A stretch of DNA of 62,426 nucleotides, the filler included, from Choristocarpus tenellus KU-1152 (Eukaryota > Protista > Phaeophyceae), in assembly GCA_964200185.2 (NCBI GenBank). It is 6 parts of 6 records of this genome, joined end to end, with 100 filler letters (N's around TTAATTAATTAA, not from the genome) between each part and the next. Parts side by side here need not be neighbours in the genome. Positions count along the whole stretch, not along the records: positions 1 to 29,561 come from CAXNAD020000106.1; positions 29,662 to 34,025 come from CAXNAD020014902.1; positions 34,126 to 39,056 come from CAXNAD020012484.1; positions 39,157 to 45,542 come from CAXNAD020008246.1; 2 more parts are not named here. One strand, given 5' to 3'. Shown here one piece after another: positions 26,701 through 40,362 of the stretch. The notes under the pieces were generated by a model. That model was not told the origin of the DNA, searched no databases, and saw only the letters and a list, made by a program, of their open reading frames with translations. Position numbers and translations under genes: made by a program. The number at the start of each line of letters is the position of its first letter. Position 1 is the stretch's first letter.

Positions 26701-29337
26701 TCCCAGAATCTGCCACTCTCCAAGATGACCATTTTCGTTCAATTTTACTCATCCATTATCCTTTGGCAGTACAAGCCAAGCAGGGATGACCACCCCCTTT
26801 AATCCCCCAGTCTAGCTCATGCCCCCCTCCCACTCTACAAGAGCACCAGTACACTCGAGAGAGCTCTGAATCAGGTGACTACAAGGAGTAGGTCCTTGAG
26901 TACAACATGTCGATCCTCGGCACCCATAGCCCTGTTTACGGTATCTATTGAATATCTGATGATATCTCCATGGACCACACAGAGTAATCTCCTAGTCTCC
27001 CAGTAACACAGGTCCATGATCGGGTCTCCCCACCACTTTCACAATGTGATTGTCTGGTTTGCACCAACTGTGGTAGCCGCCCAGCTCATGAGTGTCAAGT
27101 AATCAATGGACATGTCCTCTATTGATAGATTGAATAACCATTTGGTTCAGCAACCACGATTAAGCCTCGACAGAAGCACCTCTACGGAGGGTGAGATCCT
27201 TGAAATGATATACCAGAGCATGTGCTAGGGCGGCAAGCAACTGGCAGCTTATCCCTAGATTCAGTTACACACGCTCTCGAAAGGAATGATGCAACTCATG
27301 GATAGTCCTTCATAGGCTTAGCAAGCGCACACCCCCAAGAACAGAAACACTTGGTCCGCAGAGCGATGCACACAGTACATTGACGGTGATCAGAGTGCAC
27401 CAGCAAAAATAGCCCTGACCTATAGGGTTCCTTTAATGTACATTGCATTACTCGTGGGGTGTGTACCTCACAACTAAGTTTGAAGTGTGCAATCAAACGC
27501 AGAAAATATGTTAATGCACATTCCAGTAGTTTTTTCCCAAACAAAAATTGACAAACTGTCCCGTAGAGTGCTTGTAGAGGAGTGGCGCCATCGGTGAGGT
27601 AGGGGCGCACACACAATCTTCAAAACCATCATCGGTAGTGAGGAAGGCAGTGCTTTGATTTCGACAGGGCTGTTTTCTTGTGACACACTATTTCCCCTTG
27701 AACCCTGTGCTTCAACTACACCGAATGGTTCACAAAAGACCGGTTGCCCTGGCTAATAACAAAAGGGAGGTAGCAATCAATTAAGTGTGGATCCTTTGAA
27801 TAAATTTGGTCCTCACTATATTAATGACTGAAACGAGGGGAGAATTTGCATACCAGAGTCCCTTTTATCTTCTCTTCTTTTACATCTGGTTCATAGCCTT
27901 GCACTATTGTCTTCAGGGCATGTACCTGCCTGACAGCAACTCATTTTGATACATAAGAGTCAAATTGCTACTATTAGGCAAATTTGGCGGACACATTTAA
28001 CGGACTGGCAGTGTGCGGTCAAACACAGTCTACACTATTTGATGATGTTCAGTCTCACAAACTTGTGATGATCACATGGAACAACCAGGAGCTGAATGGC
28101 ACATGATTCAAACTGGTGATAAGCATTTTTCACTCAAGAGTATGAGTCCAGAACATATATTGCCACTAGGTTTAGCAATGTGCAGCAACAAATGCCAATG
28201 CCACATTCCATTCTCATCACCCCTCTATCGAAGTGGGTGGGTACTGCCTCCATGTGATGGGACCATCAGAAACTAAGCTCGATCAATTGATAGTTCTATG
28301 GACACTCAATATGATCGGCGTCTGCATCAGTAGCTCAAACATTTACTTGTGAGCAGCTTGTGGTGTGCTTGGAATCACATCGGAGGAAAATTGAGGGGTG
28401 GCACAACCTGGAGAAATGCTGGGGAGTCAAAGTATTTAATAGGGTAGGATGTCCGTTTGGGGCTTGGCTTCCCATGGGTTTTTTATACCCTTTTTCGGTT
28501 TTCGAAACATTTCGGAGTAGGTAAAATGTATACGACTATGAAAGGTGTGTCTGGAGCAAGGATACTGACACTTCCTAACAAACATGATAGCCAAAATACA
28601 TCAAAATCACAACAATGGATTTATGACCCTGAAAGGACGCAGACCTACCCTCTCTCAAATGCTCTGGGTCTGGATATAAAGAAGGCGAAATGGTGAACAC
28701 ATTTGCTACAGACTATTAATAGCTCAACCCCAAATATATCCGATGTTATTAACATAATTATTAACTTATCAAGAATCTCAAGCAACATGGTGTTGTCAGT
28801 GATCGATCTGCCAACACACCGGATGCCGTGCACTCTGCAAACATCAAATAGTTAACTGTATTGTGCTCCCGCTCTTGTATTTTTAAATCTTGTTAAAGAC
28901 GATAGAAGTATCACATACTCAAAGTGCACCACTGATCTGATGATTTTACTAGGAGTTGATGCTCTGAATGATACAGGCCAACACCCAGCAACTGCAGTGA
29001 AGGTAGAGAGACAAGAACTCTCAAATGAATGGGTTTGAGCATTGTACTGAATGCTGGCAATTAAGCATCATTCTAATTCTGTCCCCTACATATATCTGAC
29101 TTTTATTGAGCAGAAGCTTAGTCTTCCTAAAATCTTTGCCTGCTTGGGGTCCATCTTGGATATCTCCAGGTCCTGCTGGAGACTCTCCCGCTCCCGCCGG
29201 AGGCGACCAACTACCTTCTCAAGCTGCTGGTACTGTGCACAAAATGTTGCTTTTCCCCCCTCAGCAGTGTGGGACTCCAGCTCTTTAATACGAGCAGATA
29301 GTTCATCCACAACTGTCTGCCTTTGTGTGGCTTCTAC
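20719..29337 (-). CDS. IFT74: Intraflagellar transport protein 74 (3' part; 5' exons lie beyond the contig end)
   Basis: Exons 29337-29140, 25741-25574, 24608-24429, 23497-23369, 22497-22390, 22233-22114, 20916-20719. They encode MDPKQARERLLGKVKAD, RKRDQEMTAFIESFE..IVGLLEHIS, ELEDENTFK and LEALEQKMRTYETNIFSIRDFVQTKGREIDF, matching the IFT74 C-terminal coiled coils. Confidence 0.9.
23562..23699. mobile_element. MITE family B copy in an IFT74 intron (contains a 10-N gap)
   Basis: Inverted ends AAAGTATCTGGGAGGGGG / CCCCCTCCCAGATACTTT. The AAAGTATCT core is shared with family A. Confidence 0.7.
28424..28670 (+). mobile_element. MITE family A copy 4, diverged (IFT74 intron)
   Basis: GAGTCAAAGTATT start and the same internal body; flanks TGGG/TGGA. 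Confidence 0.8.
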
Positions 29338-29561
29338 CTGGAAGCGAATTATAGATTTTTTGTTTTTACGCACACCATAGACGGGGATGTGAAAACTGAC
29401 TGAGGAGAGGGGAGGATAAGGATGCATTGGAGCTAGGGATGAAGTTGACACTGTGGTGAATAGAGGAGAAGTATCTGGTGGGGGGGTGTCGGCGTCCGTG
29501 TTTCACCCTTTTTTTCGATTTTCACTTTTTTTGGTGCGATTTGGTCGCACGTGTCGGATTT

Positions 29562-29661
29562 NNNNNNNNNNNNNNNNNNNNNNNNNNNNNNNNNNNNNNN
29601 NNNNNTTAATTAATTAANNNNNNNNNNNNNNNNNNNNNNNNNNNNNNNNNNNNNNNNNNNN
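29562..29661. other. Artificial contig linker N44-TTAATTAATTAA-N44 (also at 34026-34125, 39057-39156, 45543-45642, 58784-58883)
   Basis: The same 100-nt structure occurs five times and has stops in all six frames. Genes on either side (IFT74, FtsH, TERT) are truncated and do not continue across it. Confidence 0.97.
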
Positions 29662-30114
29662 TTGTTGTGTATCTAACAAATGACGGCGATTTCCCTAGCA
29701 CATGATGCACCCTCCAGCATCCCACCCATCAAGCCTTGGCAACCACATATCACCCCACTCCTAGTCCCCTCCTCACCATGCATATTATCAGGAGCTGTCC
29801 AGTGAGATATGCCGCCTTTTCCAGCAGGCAAGAAAATATAGTATGGTTTTACCTACTAAGAATACTTTTGCACACAAGTGTAACCCCACACTATATCAAC
29901 AACAAGGCCACCTTCAACAATGGTGGAAACATGTTTGAAATTTTACAACAGAACCCTTGAAAGCCGTTTCTTTCCAATAATATTGTATGGCGTTCACCTA
30001 ACCGGGGTGTCCTCCAACAATCCAATAATATGATAAGCGGTTCGTCACACGCAGGCAAGGTGGGCAGGCATGGTCAGTAACCTACTACCAGAATGAAGAC
30101 GTATCGAAAGTGGG

Positions 30115-30267
30115 ATTTCAATATCTTTGATCCCATCAAACAGAGATCTCAATATCTTGGATCCCACCAAACAGAGATCTCAATATCTTTGATCCCACCA
30201 AACAGAGATCTCAATATCTTTGATCCCACCAAACAGAGATTTCAATATCTGTGATCCCACCAAACAG
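30115..30267. repeat. 31-bp minisatellite, 5 copies, in an FtsH intron
   Basis: Unit ATCTCAATATCTTTGATCCCACCAAACAGAG. Confidence 0.95.
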
Positions 30268-30584
30268 TACAGAGGCCTTTAGAGTCACTACAGGAGCAAT
30301 CAACAAAATCTCACAGGATACTTCTCACCACAGTTTCAAATTGACTTTGAATCAACTCGAAACTAGGAAGCCATGGTCCAGTTTGACCAAAGATAATCTG
30401 AATACTTTTCATTTTTTTTTATACGCAGGATTCGTTCCCTTTCTTGCCCTGCACACATTGGCGCCAGGTACAAAGATGACAACCAGCAGAGCAGGAGAGG
30501 TAGGCATTGACCAATATGGATCACTCGGCACATGTGAATATTCCTGTACTACACTACACCAGAAAGAAGTTCTTCAAGACTTGC

Positions 30585-32474
30585 CTCATCAATGCCCACA
30601 ACATCATCAAAGCATTTATCACTGGTCTCAGCCACTTGCACGTTACTCCCAGGGAGGCCCAGTCTAGAGCTGAAGCTAGCATCCATGAAGCTGCTTATAA
30701 TTGTCCCAACCACAAACAAGCCTGCCAAGCTCCTGGCCGTCCTCCACATCTGAGGATAGTCACATGCAGGATATATAGATCAACACACTCCACTGAACCT
30801 CCACCATTGAGGTTTGTATATGCTAGGATTCTAGGATTGACAGAAAACACAAAGGCAGAATGTGTATTGTACAATTGGTTGAGGTACCTTAGACTGTCAC
30901 ACAATCAAATATCTCCACATATTGCCTTCATGTATATGGGTATGATCTTCTATGAATCACCAAACCCCGCTTGTACTCTACACTCCACACCCAAAATCGC
31001 ATGAAAAAAGACATTACACCTACCTTACAAACACGATAGGCTATCATTAAATTGATACATTACCTCCCTCATCAACGCCCACTACAAAAAAAGACCTGGA
31101 GATGACACATACCCTCTACAAATAGAATAAACCCCATTGAAATTTGCCCGGTCACCACCAGCCAAGGAACACTTAATGTCAAGCATAAAACCAAGCCAAC
31201 AACATGACATACCACAGAGTTCCAGCACCCATACCAACTACTTCTAAGCTTAACTCAGCATCCGCCAAACTGTACCTGGTTTTTCCACCCTGCCTCGTAC
31301 ATCGTCACATGAAGTGGATCTGAAGAACTCCCCCCCCTTCCCCCAGCAAAACCGAGTCCAGCGTTAGCGTTCACCCCACCTCCAACTGGGCCTAGTGCTG
31401 TGCCTGATTTTGATCCTGCTGCTCCAGCCGCTTCCCCCTGTGCACGCCCTAGGACCTTCTGCAAGAGGGGCAGATGTTTCTGAAAACGAGAAAACGAGTA
31501 AAACGAGTAATGCGCTAGGGTTCTACCAGGAATCTGACCAACCAAAAGACTTGGCGATCTGGGAAAAGGTAAACCTCTCCCTAAAAACCAATGGCCTGGC
31601 TTGGTAACTTCCAAGGGTCAATTACCACGTGTACGAAATAAAATAGAAGCTGCACACTGCAATCTCCATCCAAAATATGCTCAAGGGAAAATGATATGCT
31701 GCAAGGGCGTCTGAAAGGGATTCACAAGGAAACGATCACAAACAACTAAATCAGCGTATAAACTTGTTCCATAAGATTGGTTTGTCCAAGACTGGCTTTG
31801 AATTAGGGTGGGAATATGTGCGACTAGAGAGATAGGGGTTTGTACTTGAGGAACCTCTTAGTGGAAAAGTCCGCCCATTCAAAGGCTATCGACACAATAT
31901 ACGATCAATTGGTTCATTTTCTATCTTCACCTGAAGGTTCAATTTTTCAAGGCGTCCCTTCTGAGCCATGGCCTTGATGTAGTCCGCCACGATAGCTTCA
32001 TTTACGACATGACGCCCCTCGTCAAAACGGCGGATAGCTGATTCAGGGTACTTCTTGGCGAGGCCTCTGAAAAATCGCGACTGTGGGAATGGTTACTATT
32101 TAATAAGTAGGCCTTGAGGTGATTGGGGACAACATAGTACGACAATAACATAACGTATCAGGACGCCCGCGTATCCTATTTTCAACAGTTGGACATGTCA
32201 TTGGTCCACGAAACAGTACCTCTGCATTGACATCACTAGGAACACGGGCTGCCTCCTTTTCCAGCGAACGAAGGGCAGAGTCCGAAGGCCCCTTGGAGAA
32301 AAATCCACCTATTCTGCGTATCTGCGACCCATGGGAAGCCCTGTCCAAACCAACCAGTTTCCTTGCCCTCCCCGCCTCATCCATCACAACAGGGTTGATC
32401 CTGCCTCGAAGAATTGTCCCTGCATTGATAGGACCATGGCTACCTCCACGAAATAGCGCTCGCGACATAGTCAT
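30585..32474 (-). CDS. YME1: Mitochondrial i-AAA metalloprotease FtsH4/YME1-like, 5' exons only (AAA and M41 domains are off-contig)
   Basis: Exons 32474-32220, 32080-31931, 31479-31276, 30749-30585. They give an Arg-rich presequence, LRSLEKEA..P.D, AIRRFD..VVNEAIVADYIKA, GSSSDPLHVTMYE..WKNQMWRTAR, a TM segment, and FDDVVGIDE at the start of the AAA module. Confidence 0.85.
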
Positions 32475-33919
32475 GGGAGAGGCGCAGATAGGTGTGAAAG
32501 AAGAGGGGAGGTAGCTCAGGAGACTCCCCTCCACGTTCCAAATTGAATTTGTTGGACAGTACTGTGAGAAAGATGTGATGTGTTTTATAGAAAAAGAGGC
32601 GGTATCATAGTTTATTGCTCAAAGTACACTGATGATGCAAAGATACACACAGTAGTATTATAATACTAATAGTACGGGTATACCAGGGGCATAAAAGGAG
32701 GATAGGTTGGATAAATTTAATTACGAGTATGGACAAGCGAACTTCGAGGAGCCAGCGTGTTCCTGAACGTTGTCCACTAACTTCCATATTAAAATCCTAC
32801 TATTATAACAATCCGAATGTTGTTAACCTCTTCGCCCTCCAATAAAGCACTAAAAAAGCGCAGAACACAAGACACATACCGTAAGTTAGGTAGGTACAAT
32901 CTTCAAGTAATATTCATGAGGACTATAAATACTGAGAAAGTTTTAGGATATCATATACAATATCGTCCATCAATCTACAACAGTTTATACCTAGTAGTAG
33001 TACTAGTAAATATACATGCATGTATTCATCAGCCACTCACTGCTGATTTTAGTCGTTTGGTCCAGTTCGTTGCCAAGAACAGACAGAACGAATGAGGGAC
33101 ACAAAAAAGTAGAAGTTGCACCACCTGTTTTACCACTTGTTTTGAAAAACCTCCTGTTGTCTGAAAAACATATATAGTATAATTGTACCACCTCCCTTCC
33201 TAAGCCTGGTTGAGATGGACTATAAATGGGAAACACAATTAATGGAAATGTACACCTCACCTCCACCCTCCACTCTGCTGACCACAATAAAAAAAATGAG
33301 AAAAACCTGAATGGTCAACACTTCATATTGTACCAGAAGAGATCTACGGTAGTCAATACGTCATACTCCACAAGATTCGAGGAAGGAGGACAAGCGAAGA
33401 GGCTGAATCCAAGGCATGGAAAAACTCAACTCAATAGGACGTGCCATAAATAATCTTATACATTACAATAAAAGCCGAATTATTGGGGGGACCAGAGTAA
33501 ATCCACGATATAGTAGTAGTAATTTAATGGTAATAATGCAATATGGAAACGCAGGGTCAGCCAAATTAGGCGACTTTTGGGGGTGGAGTGGAGTAAAAAA
33601 GGTGCTTTGTTTGTTTGGAGGATTTTTAGAATCACGATAAACTGGTACCCCCAAACGAAATTAATTGTTGAGAGTGTTAGAGTGTGCATGTGTTGAGTGC
33701 GTAGTGCGGGGTGTTGTGTACCGTTTGCCATGGATACACATATAGGGATATGAAAAAGAATAATAACCCCTTTACTTTTTTTCCCTACATGAACTTCGAG
33801 GGTTCTAACCCCCCTTCTACACCAGACTTTTTTTCCTGGAAACTGTGTTCTAGAAAAAAAAATCAAAGCAAATGTAGGAAGTGGGAAGTTTTTTTGCTCC
33901 AACATATCAAAATAGTTGA

Positions 33920-34025
33920 GAGTATGTATTTTATTATTATGTCCTCTGACATTTTGCAAATAACAGAGGATTTTCAAAATTGGGGATGGAGCGGGACTAC
34001 GTGGATGGTTGTTTTGCGAAAACGG
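33920..34025. repeat. Dispersed repeat family C (TATTATTATG.CCTCTGACATTTTGCA.AT core)
   Basis: Related blocks at ~39165-39230, ~40255-40300, ~45465-45540, ~56625-56680, ~57040-57095 and ~58360-58410. Several sit at contig ends. Confidence 0.65.
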
Positions 34026-34443
34026 NNNNNNNNNNNNNNNNNNNNNNNNNNNNNNNNNNNNNNNNNNNNTTAATTAATTAANNNNNNNNNNNNNNNNNNN
34101 NNNNNNNNNNNNNNNNNNNNNNNNNGACAGTACTCGCCACAATCAGTTTGCAGTTACCACGCCTAGATGTCTGATGTACAAAGTTAGAGATCCCTCCAGC
34201 GTGGAGCTATGTGTTACATATATGTGTATATACATGTGTGTAACACATAATTTATTTATGCTTCAACAATATCATCTCATCCGGCCGTCCCTGCACTGCT
34301 GCTGCAGTTACCACTCGTAAATACCTACTGAAATAGAGATCCGCTGCTGGCATACGATTCCTCTACAATTCCATCCCCCGTCCCTTATATCCACCTCCAA
34401 CACAACTCCCATCCATATATACATACGTGCGCTACTACAACAG

Positions 34444-37400
34444 GAACAGCACCAACAAAGAGAAGGACATGGCTCCGAAGCGAGACCTGGTGATGTCCTG
34501 GATAGACTACTGGGCGGATACGTACAGGCAGTTCATGCCTCACAAGTCCGCAATTGTGATCTACGCCGCCAACAAAGAGGTAGGTTTTGCCCTTGGTTGT
34601 GGAGAGGTTTGCCGCACCCTGTGTTGGAGTTAGTTGTAAACCGTGTGACCTAGCAGTATGTAGAAGAAGTGGATCGAAGGAATATTTCTAGTGGTGGGTG
34701 TTTATTACTTTGACCGGTCTGAGATTATGGTTTTAAAAAATGTGAAGCTTCGTACGAAGTACTATTTTTTCGTTTGCTATGTCGAGAGTACAATGATGAT
34801 GATGATACTCTTCGTCGCTTTGACGGAGGAAGGCACAGTAACTGTTATTTCACTGCTGTGTACACCTACTCTGCGGCCCCGGGCCTGGTCTGACCTTGGT
34901 AGTAAAAGTGTGTACTTCGTATGTCTAAAGGCTTCGCGATGATGATGATGATGATGGTAGATTCGCCTCCTTTACCGTTTCTGTAAACGGCAGCGAGGCC
35001 CGAACAGAATGACGCTCATGGCAGATTGACGAAGATCATTGCATTTGCTCTTTCGTTACGCATGATGTAAGCTTGCTTCATCCTGTCTTCCGTGTTGTCA
35101 GTCAAGTTATTGGTCAGCCCGCCTTCGAGAGATCATGCAGCGATGTTCTTCGAGTGTTCCTTCTCAACAACTCCTCACTTGCCCACACAACCAACATTAT
35201 TGATTAGGAACTATACAAGGATTTTTGCAAAGAGGCAATACGAGTGTATCCTGACGACATTTCTAAGCGGGTAAGCAAGGCGCACTTCCTCCAATTGCTC
35301 AGAGAGGAAAGGTGCAACATCAGGGTGAGGGTAGGAGGCGAATTTATGAAATGTGACATATGTGTCACGTTAAAAGAGAAGCAGCACGGTGCGCCTGGTG
35401 TAAAACCCACGAACGACTCCACTGTCCTCGAGTCCATCGACAAGGAGCTGTCAGACCATCGAAAGGTAGGCGTCCAGCGTTAATTTTGCGACAATCGTAC
35501 AGTGGCAACATGTAGCCGTCATTGCCCTCCATTGGGAACAACATCTGTTGCCTTTTGCGAATGAAGACTCCGATGCAGGTGCTTATGGCAGCAGCAGCAG
35601 CCTCACTCAGCGCAAAACTCTTATTATTGGTTGCCCAAACACCTTGTATGATAGACTGTTTCCTGATTGTCTACAACGGGCTGTGGGAGGGCCAGGTTAT
35701 GTTGCGGTCTTCCGGTCCCATACGTACGTACTTGCTACCGTCCCGACAATACTGTCTTTGCCTTGAATGCAGCAATAAAAAACAGAACCAAAGACAAACA
35801 TTTATTGTTACCTACACTCGATTTTTGTCATGTACCTGGTACGTGTTAACAAGTGGCCATTTTTTTACACCTCTAAGCAGATTTATTTGATTTACAGACG
35901 TGATGTTGCTCTACCCCATTCGCCAGATTATCCAAGCGGATCAGCTGGTCATCACCAACAACACCAGCAGCGCCATGCGGGCCAAAGCTGACAGCAAACC
36001 TGTCAGCTTCGTGTTCATGTCTGTAGACGCGATGAACCAGACATCACACGCCCTCCCAGAACTATACCCACCTACCCACGGCGGTGACAGGTAACCACAC
36101 GCACACATAGTCCATCTGTCAACAAGTTTGAAGCCGCACGCAGAACAGAATAGACGACCCTGTTTTATTCTACGAACGAGAGCAAACTCCCAAGAAATAA
36201 CGGCCAAAACAGACGCACATAATTCCACTACCTATTCCGTTCATCATGATGATGACGCACCATGACGTCTTTCTTTACACGTTTCTTTGGTTCATGTCCT
36301 TGTTATCAGGGGCTACTCCGAGCACCAGAAGATCATAGCCGCACATGTGGAAGGACAATTCGCGGAGGTGTTCTTCACTGCTATCAATCTCGGGGGAGGT
36401 ACGTATTGTGGGTTGTGACTCAACAATCACACGACTAAATAGATGCTGGTTGCGCACGCACCACATGATTTACCGTCATGGCGAGCGGACCCGTCATAGG
36501 TTACATACCCGAGGACGAGTACATCCTTGCACGATTTGCCTACAGATACCGCAGGCCTGGTGAACAGTCGATTAACTGATGATGCCTGTGCTCCCCTGCC
36601 CTCGTACGCCTCAGCTTCGGAAGGGCGAGAGGAGCGTAAGAGCTAATCAAGGAGGAGGAAAACCCACAGACATGTATATCAGCCAGTCGGGGTGTATGTG
36701 CTCTACATTGCAAAAACAAATTCCATTACCCCTCTTTCTAGCTCCAAGTAAGCAATGCGTAAGTAAGCAGAGTACTGTTTGCCAACTAATGACAGACATC
36801 ATCGTTCGCGCAGGTTGTAACCTTGTCTGCACAGCCACCCACCTTGCCCTCACAAGGCTTATCGACAAGTACCACAACAGCCTCAATCACGTGGGGGGTT
36901 GCATCATTCAGCACGCGCATTTGCAGGTAAGAAAGTTTCATCATGACACAACCTACTCAACATATACTTGCCGAATACCAGCCACCAAGTATCTAACTGC
37001 ACGGTGTTTAGTTTTGGTTTGTGGGTTGCAACCTGCATGTATGATGGCGGTGATGTAGAGCTTGCGCTCTAGCACTAGTGGAAACATGCCCTGTTTCTCC
37101 ACGAAACGTGGTGAAATGGACTGATATATCGGCCTCACGCCTATCCCTCCCCTGCTCCCAACTCCCCAAACTGGCCAGGTCGACAACTGCGTCTCAGAGA
37201 ACAAGAACAATTTCTTTCTCGGATATGCGGGGCTGTTGGTCGCGGCGAGTGTCATTCGTGTTGTCGAGATTCATTTTATGATGGTGGGGCACACGCACAT
37301 CAAGATCAATCAGATCTTCTCCAGGTAATTAGGCAAGATATATAAATGCGATAGCCACATGGTGTTTTTACACGGACAGATACTGCCTTGAGGCTTGCAG

Positions 37401-39025
37401 TTCACGCTTGTTGCGTCTCTGGAAGGTTTATGGTCATACACTGCAATTGATTGATTGACTTTTGATTTCCCCACAACAATTTTGCACGAGAAGAGCAGCT
37501 GGCAAAACTGTGGAGTGAAAGTATCTTAGAGGGTATGAGTTTTTACTTGTTTGTCCATTTGGGGCTTGGCTTCCAACGGTTTTTTTATGACATTTTACCT
37601 GCTCCAAAATGTTTCGGAATAGGTAAAATGCATATGTTATGAAAAGGTGTGTCCGAAACAAGGATATCGACATCTCCAAAAAACACGATAACCAAAATGA
37701 CATCAAAATGGCAACGTTGGATTTTGACCCCCAAATGGACGCGGCTATACCCTCCTAGATACTTTGACTCTGTGTTGTAACCTACTCTCGAAACAAAACA
37801 AAACAAAATGTACGCATCACCCTTTTTATATTTATACTTCCATATACATGCATCAGAGCATCTGCCTGCATATATACCTTGCTTCTCCACTTCGTTTCTT
37901 TCACCCTTGCCTCAAAATTAACTTGCTTGCATTTCACCTTCAGGTTCTCACGTGGTATCAAAGGGAAGAACATATTCACAAGAACACAGCTGGGTGAAGA
38001 GCTGCAGGCCTCTTACACGGAGGTTCCAGTCTACTCCAAGACGCTACGGAACGAAGGCAACTTCAAGGGACTCCTTCGCGGTCGCGTCAACCGTGTTCCC
38101 AACATCACGAGCTACAGGGATTTTCGCGTTGAAAAAGGCGGTGATGGGCGGGTTAAGGTTAGCGTAAAGCAATACATGCACAGCACCGCATGGAGTGGGA
38201 TAAGCGCCAACGTTGCTATCGACTTCAATGCCCCTCCGCACAACCTCTTCATCGGCCACCCGCCTCGTCTCCAAGATGCACCACCCTACCAGCTCAAGAG
38301 CGTTCCTGAAGACGTCATCCTCAAGGTGGAGCAGCGGTACCAGGCGTTGCACAAGCGCCTCGCTGCTGCGTACCCACTGGGAAAGTCGATTTTTTCGTGA
38401 GGGGAGTTGATGGTCAATTTTTGTATTCGGTGGCAGCCAAAAAAGTCTGGTGCAACTTCTGTACGAGGCAGCCTTTACAGCCTTTACAAAAACAATCTTG
38501 AAAAATATTCCATTCTCATGCTTATTCATCGTCGCATGTCACAATAAACAAGTACTATAGATTACCCCCAATAAATATTTTGAGGGTGCCAGTCGTGTAC
38601 TCAACAGCGACGAATCCGTCATCGTGCAGGAAGGCAGGTTTGCCTTTTTTGTGGCAACAGAGGCACCGCTCTTGGTTGGCAAGATCCTAGCGGAGCGCAT
38701 CGTCGAGGAAGGGGAGTGTGGGGTGGATCTTCACTGGCTTCGGCCGACCAGTGACCCCACACGTGACAACGCCGCGTTTCTGACCCTTGAAAAATACGGG
38801 AAAAGTAGTTTTGTTGAAGGCTACATACACGCTGGTGATAGATCCGGGCGAACTGGGAAACAGAAGCGGGTTAAAGACGTAAGTTGGGAACCCGTGGTGG
38901 GTATTGTTTCGACTTGCGAGAAACTTGTTGGGAACGACAAAAAGATTCCTACCAAGGTCTTGACAGTTCTATGGTCTGCTATCGAGACGAGGGAAAGGGG
39001 GGGTTTTGTGGGAGAAGGACACTAG
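34444..39025 (+). mobile_element. Intron-containing Sola-like DDD transposase gene (5' end off-contig)
   Basis: Phase-consistent exons 34444-34579, 35208-35465, 35927-36090, 36310-36398, 36814-36926, 37179-37324, 37944-~38380, plus a piece at ~38610-39025. Motifs FMKCDIC..H, SVDAMNQ, HLQVDNCVSENKN and FMMVGHTHIKINQIFSR match the DGMDQ / DN..ENKN / GHTH..IDQ.FS family. Confidence 0.8.
37513..37770 (+). mobile_element. MITE family A copy 5 (inside a transposase intron)
   Basis: GAGTGAAAGTATCTTAGAGGGTA ... GATACTTTGACTC; TSD TGTG. Confidence 0.9.
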
Positions 39026-40189
39026 GCTAAATTCAAGGGACGAGGAGAGGAGAGGGNNNNNNNNNNNNNNNNNNNNNNNNNNNNNNNNNNNNNNNNNNNN
39101 TTAATTAATTAANNNNNNNNNNNNNNNNNNNNNNNNNNNNNNNNNNNNNNNNNNNNTTTTTAAGACAGTTTTCGCAAAACAACCAACCTCATAGTCCCGC
39201 TCCTGCCTCAATTTTGAGAATCCACTGTTGTATGCAGTGTGTGTATTGATTTCATATACATTAATTGTAAAACTAACTGTTAGATGAGAAGGATAAAACA
39301 ACCGTTAGTACTAGGAAGGCACCTGATTCTTGTATTGCTAATGTTATCTTCTATTTCTACCGTTATGAAAATATAATACAAGGCCTTGTGCATGCAGTAA
39401 TATACACTCTGTAGTTGTGTTCCCTTGTGTGGGTGCTTCTCTCTCCTCTATTTCAACATCCGAAAAAGTGCCAATGGGCAAAAAAAACTTCAAAGAAACA
39501 TGTGTTCAGATATAGGAGTTTTTGGTTTTGAGCAAAGAGAGAGTGTGTTTAGCTATAGTCCTAGTCCCACTTTTTAGAGATAGATCAACCCAAATACGGC
39601 ATTTTGATCATTAAGGCACGCCATCATGTCGTTTTGGCATACAGTGGAGGCAGACATGCTTTCTCGATTTTTTGTATCCATAGCCCAAGTTCGGCATATT
39701 ATCCAAAACATACCTTATTCTGGCATATAGCAATGTCATGTCCGTGGTCTCAAGAAGTTGTTTACAGCTGGCTACATATAGTGCTCCTTTCATTCCCTCT
39801 GATCATCCTGTGAAGTTCAAAAGACCTAGAGTTCACACACAGTATACATACCACGCCCAGTGTGGCGAGGAGCCGGTTTATGACCTCAAACAGTGAGGTC
39901 CCTGTGCACCTCACAACACACTTTGGTCATCCCATACGTACCATGCATACCAAGACCACTACCATACTCCTCCACACATCACATGAAAAAAATACCACTG
40001 GACAATTACTACAACCAACCGCAAGGAATGTACATGGTCACACTGATCCGGACAGTTTATGGTCCAATCCATGCATAATGTGTGCATGAACCTAAATGTT
40101 TTGATCTGATACACCCGCTGTGCGTTAGGGAACCACCCCTTTGGTGATCCACCCCCCCCACTAGTGGAGTGAGAAATGCTTCTTGTGTG

Positions 40190-40362
40190 TGTACAACAAA
40201 AACAGATGGAAAAAATCAGGGACATACAGTCACACCCCTTTTTTCTATACAGTATATTACTATGCCCTCTGCCAATTTATAGATGTGTCAGGGAAAAAAC
40301 AATTTTTTGTTACATGGACTGATGAAAACAACTTTTCTTCTTCCATCTGTTTTTGTAGTACA
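40190..40362. mobile_element. Small MITE with ~22-bp TIRs carrying the family C core
   Basis: TGTACAACAAAAACAGATGGAA ... TTCCATCTGTTTTTGTAGTACA (one mismatch). Confidence 0.65.

Noticed and set aside
29606-29617. TTAATTAATTAA as a biological motif or piggyBac site
   Set aside because: Always centred in N-runs, so it is an assembly linker.
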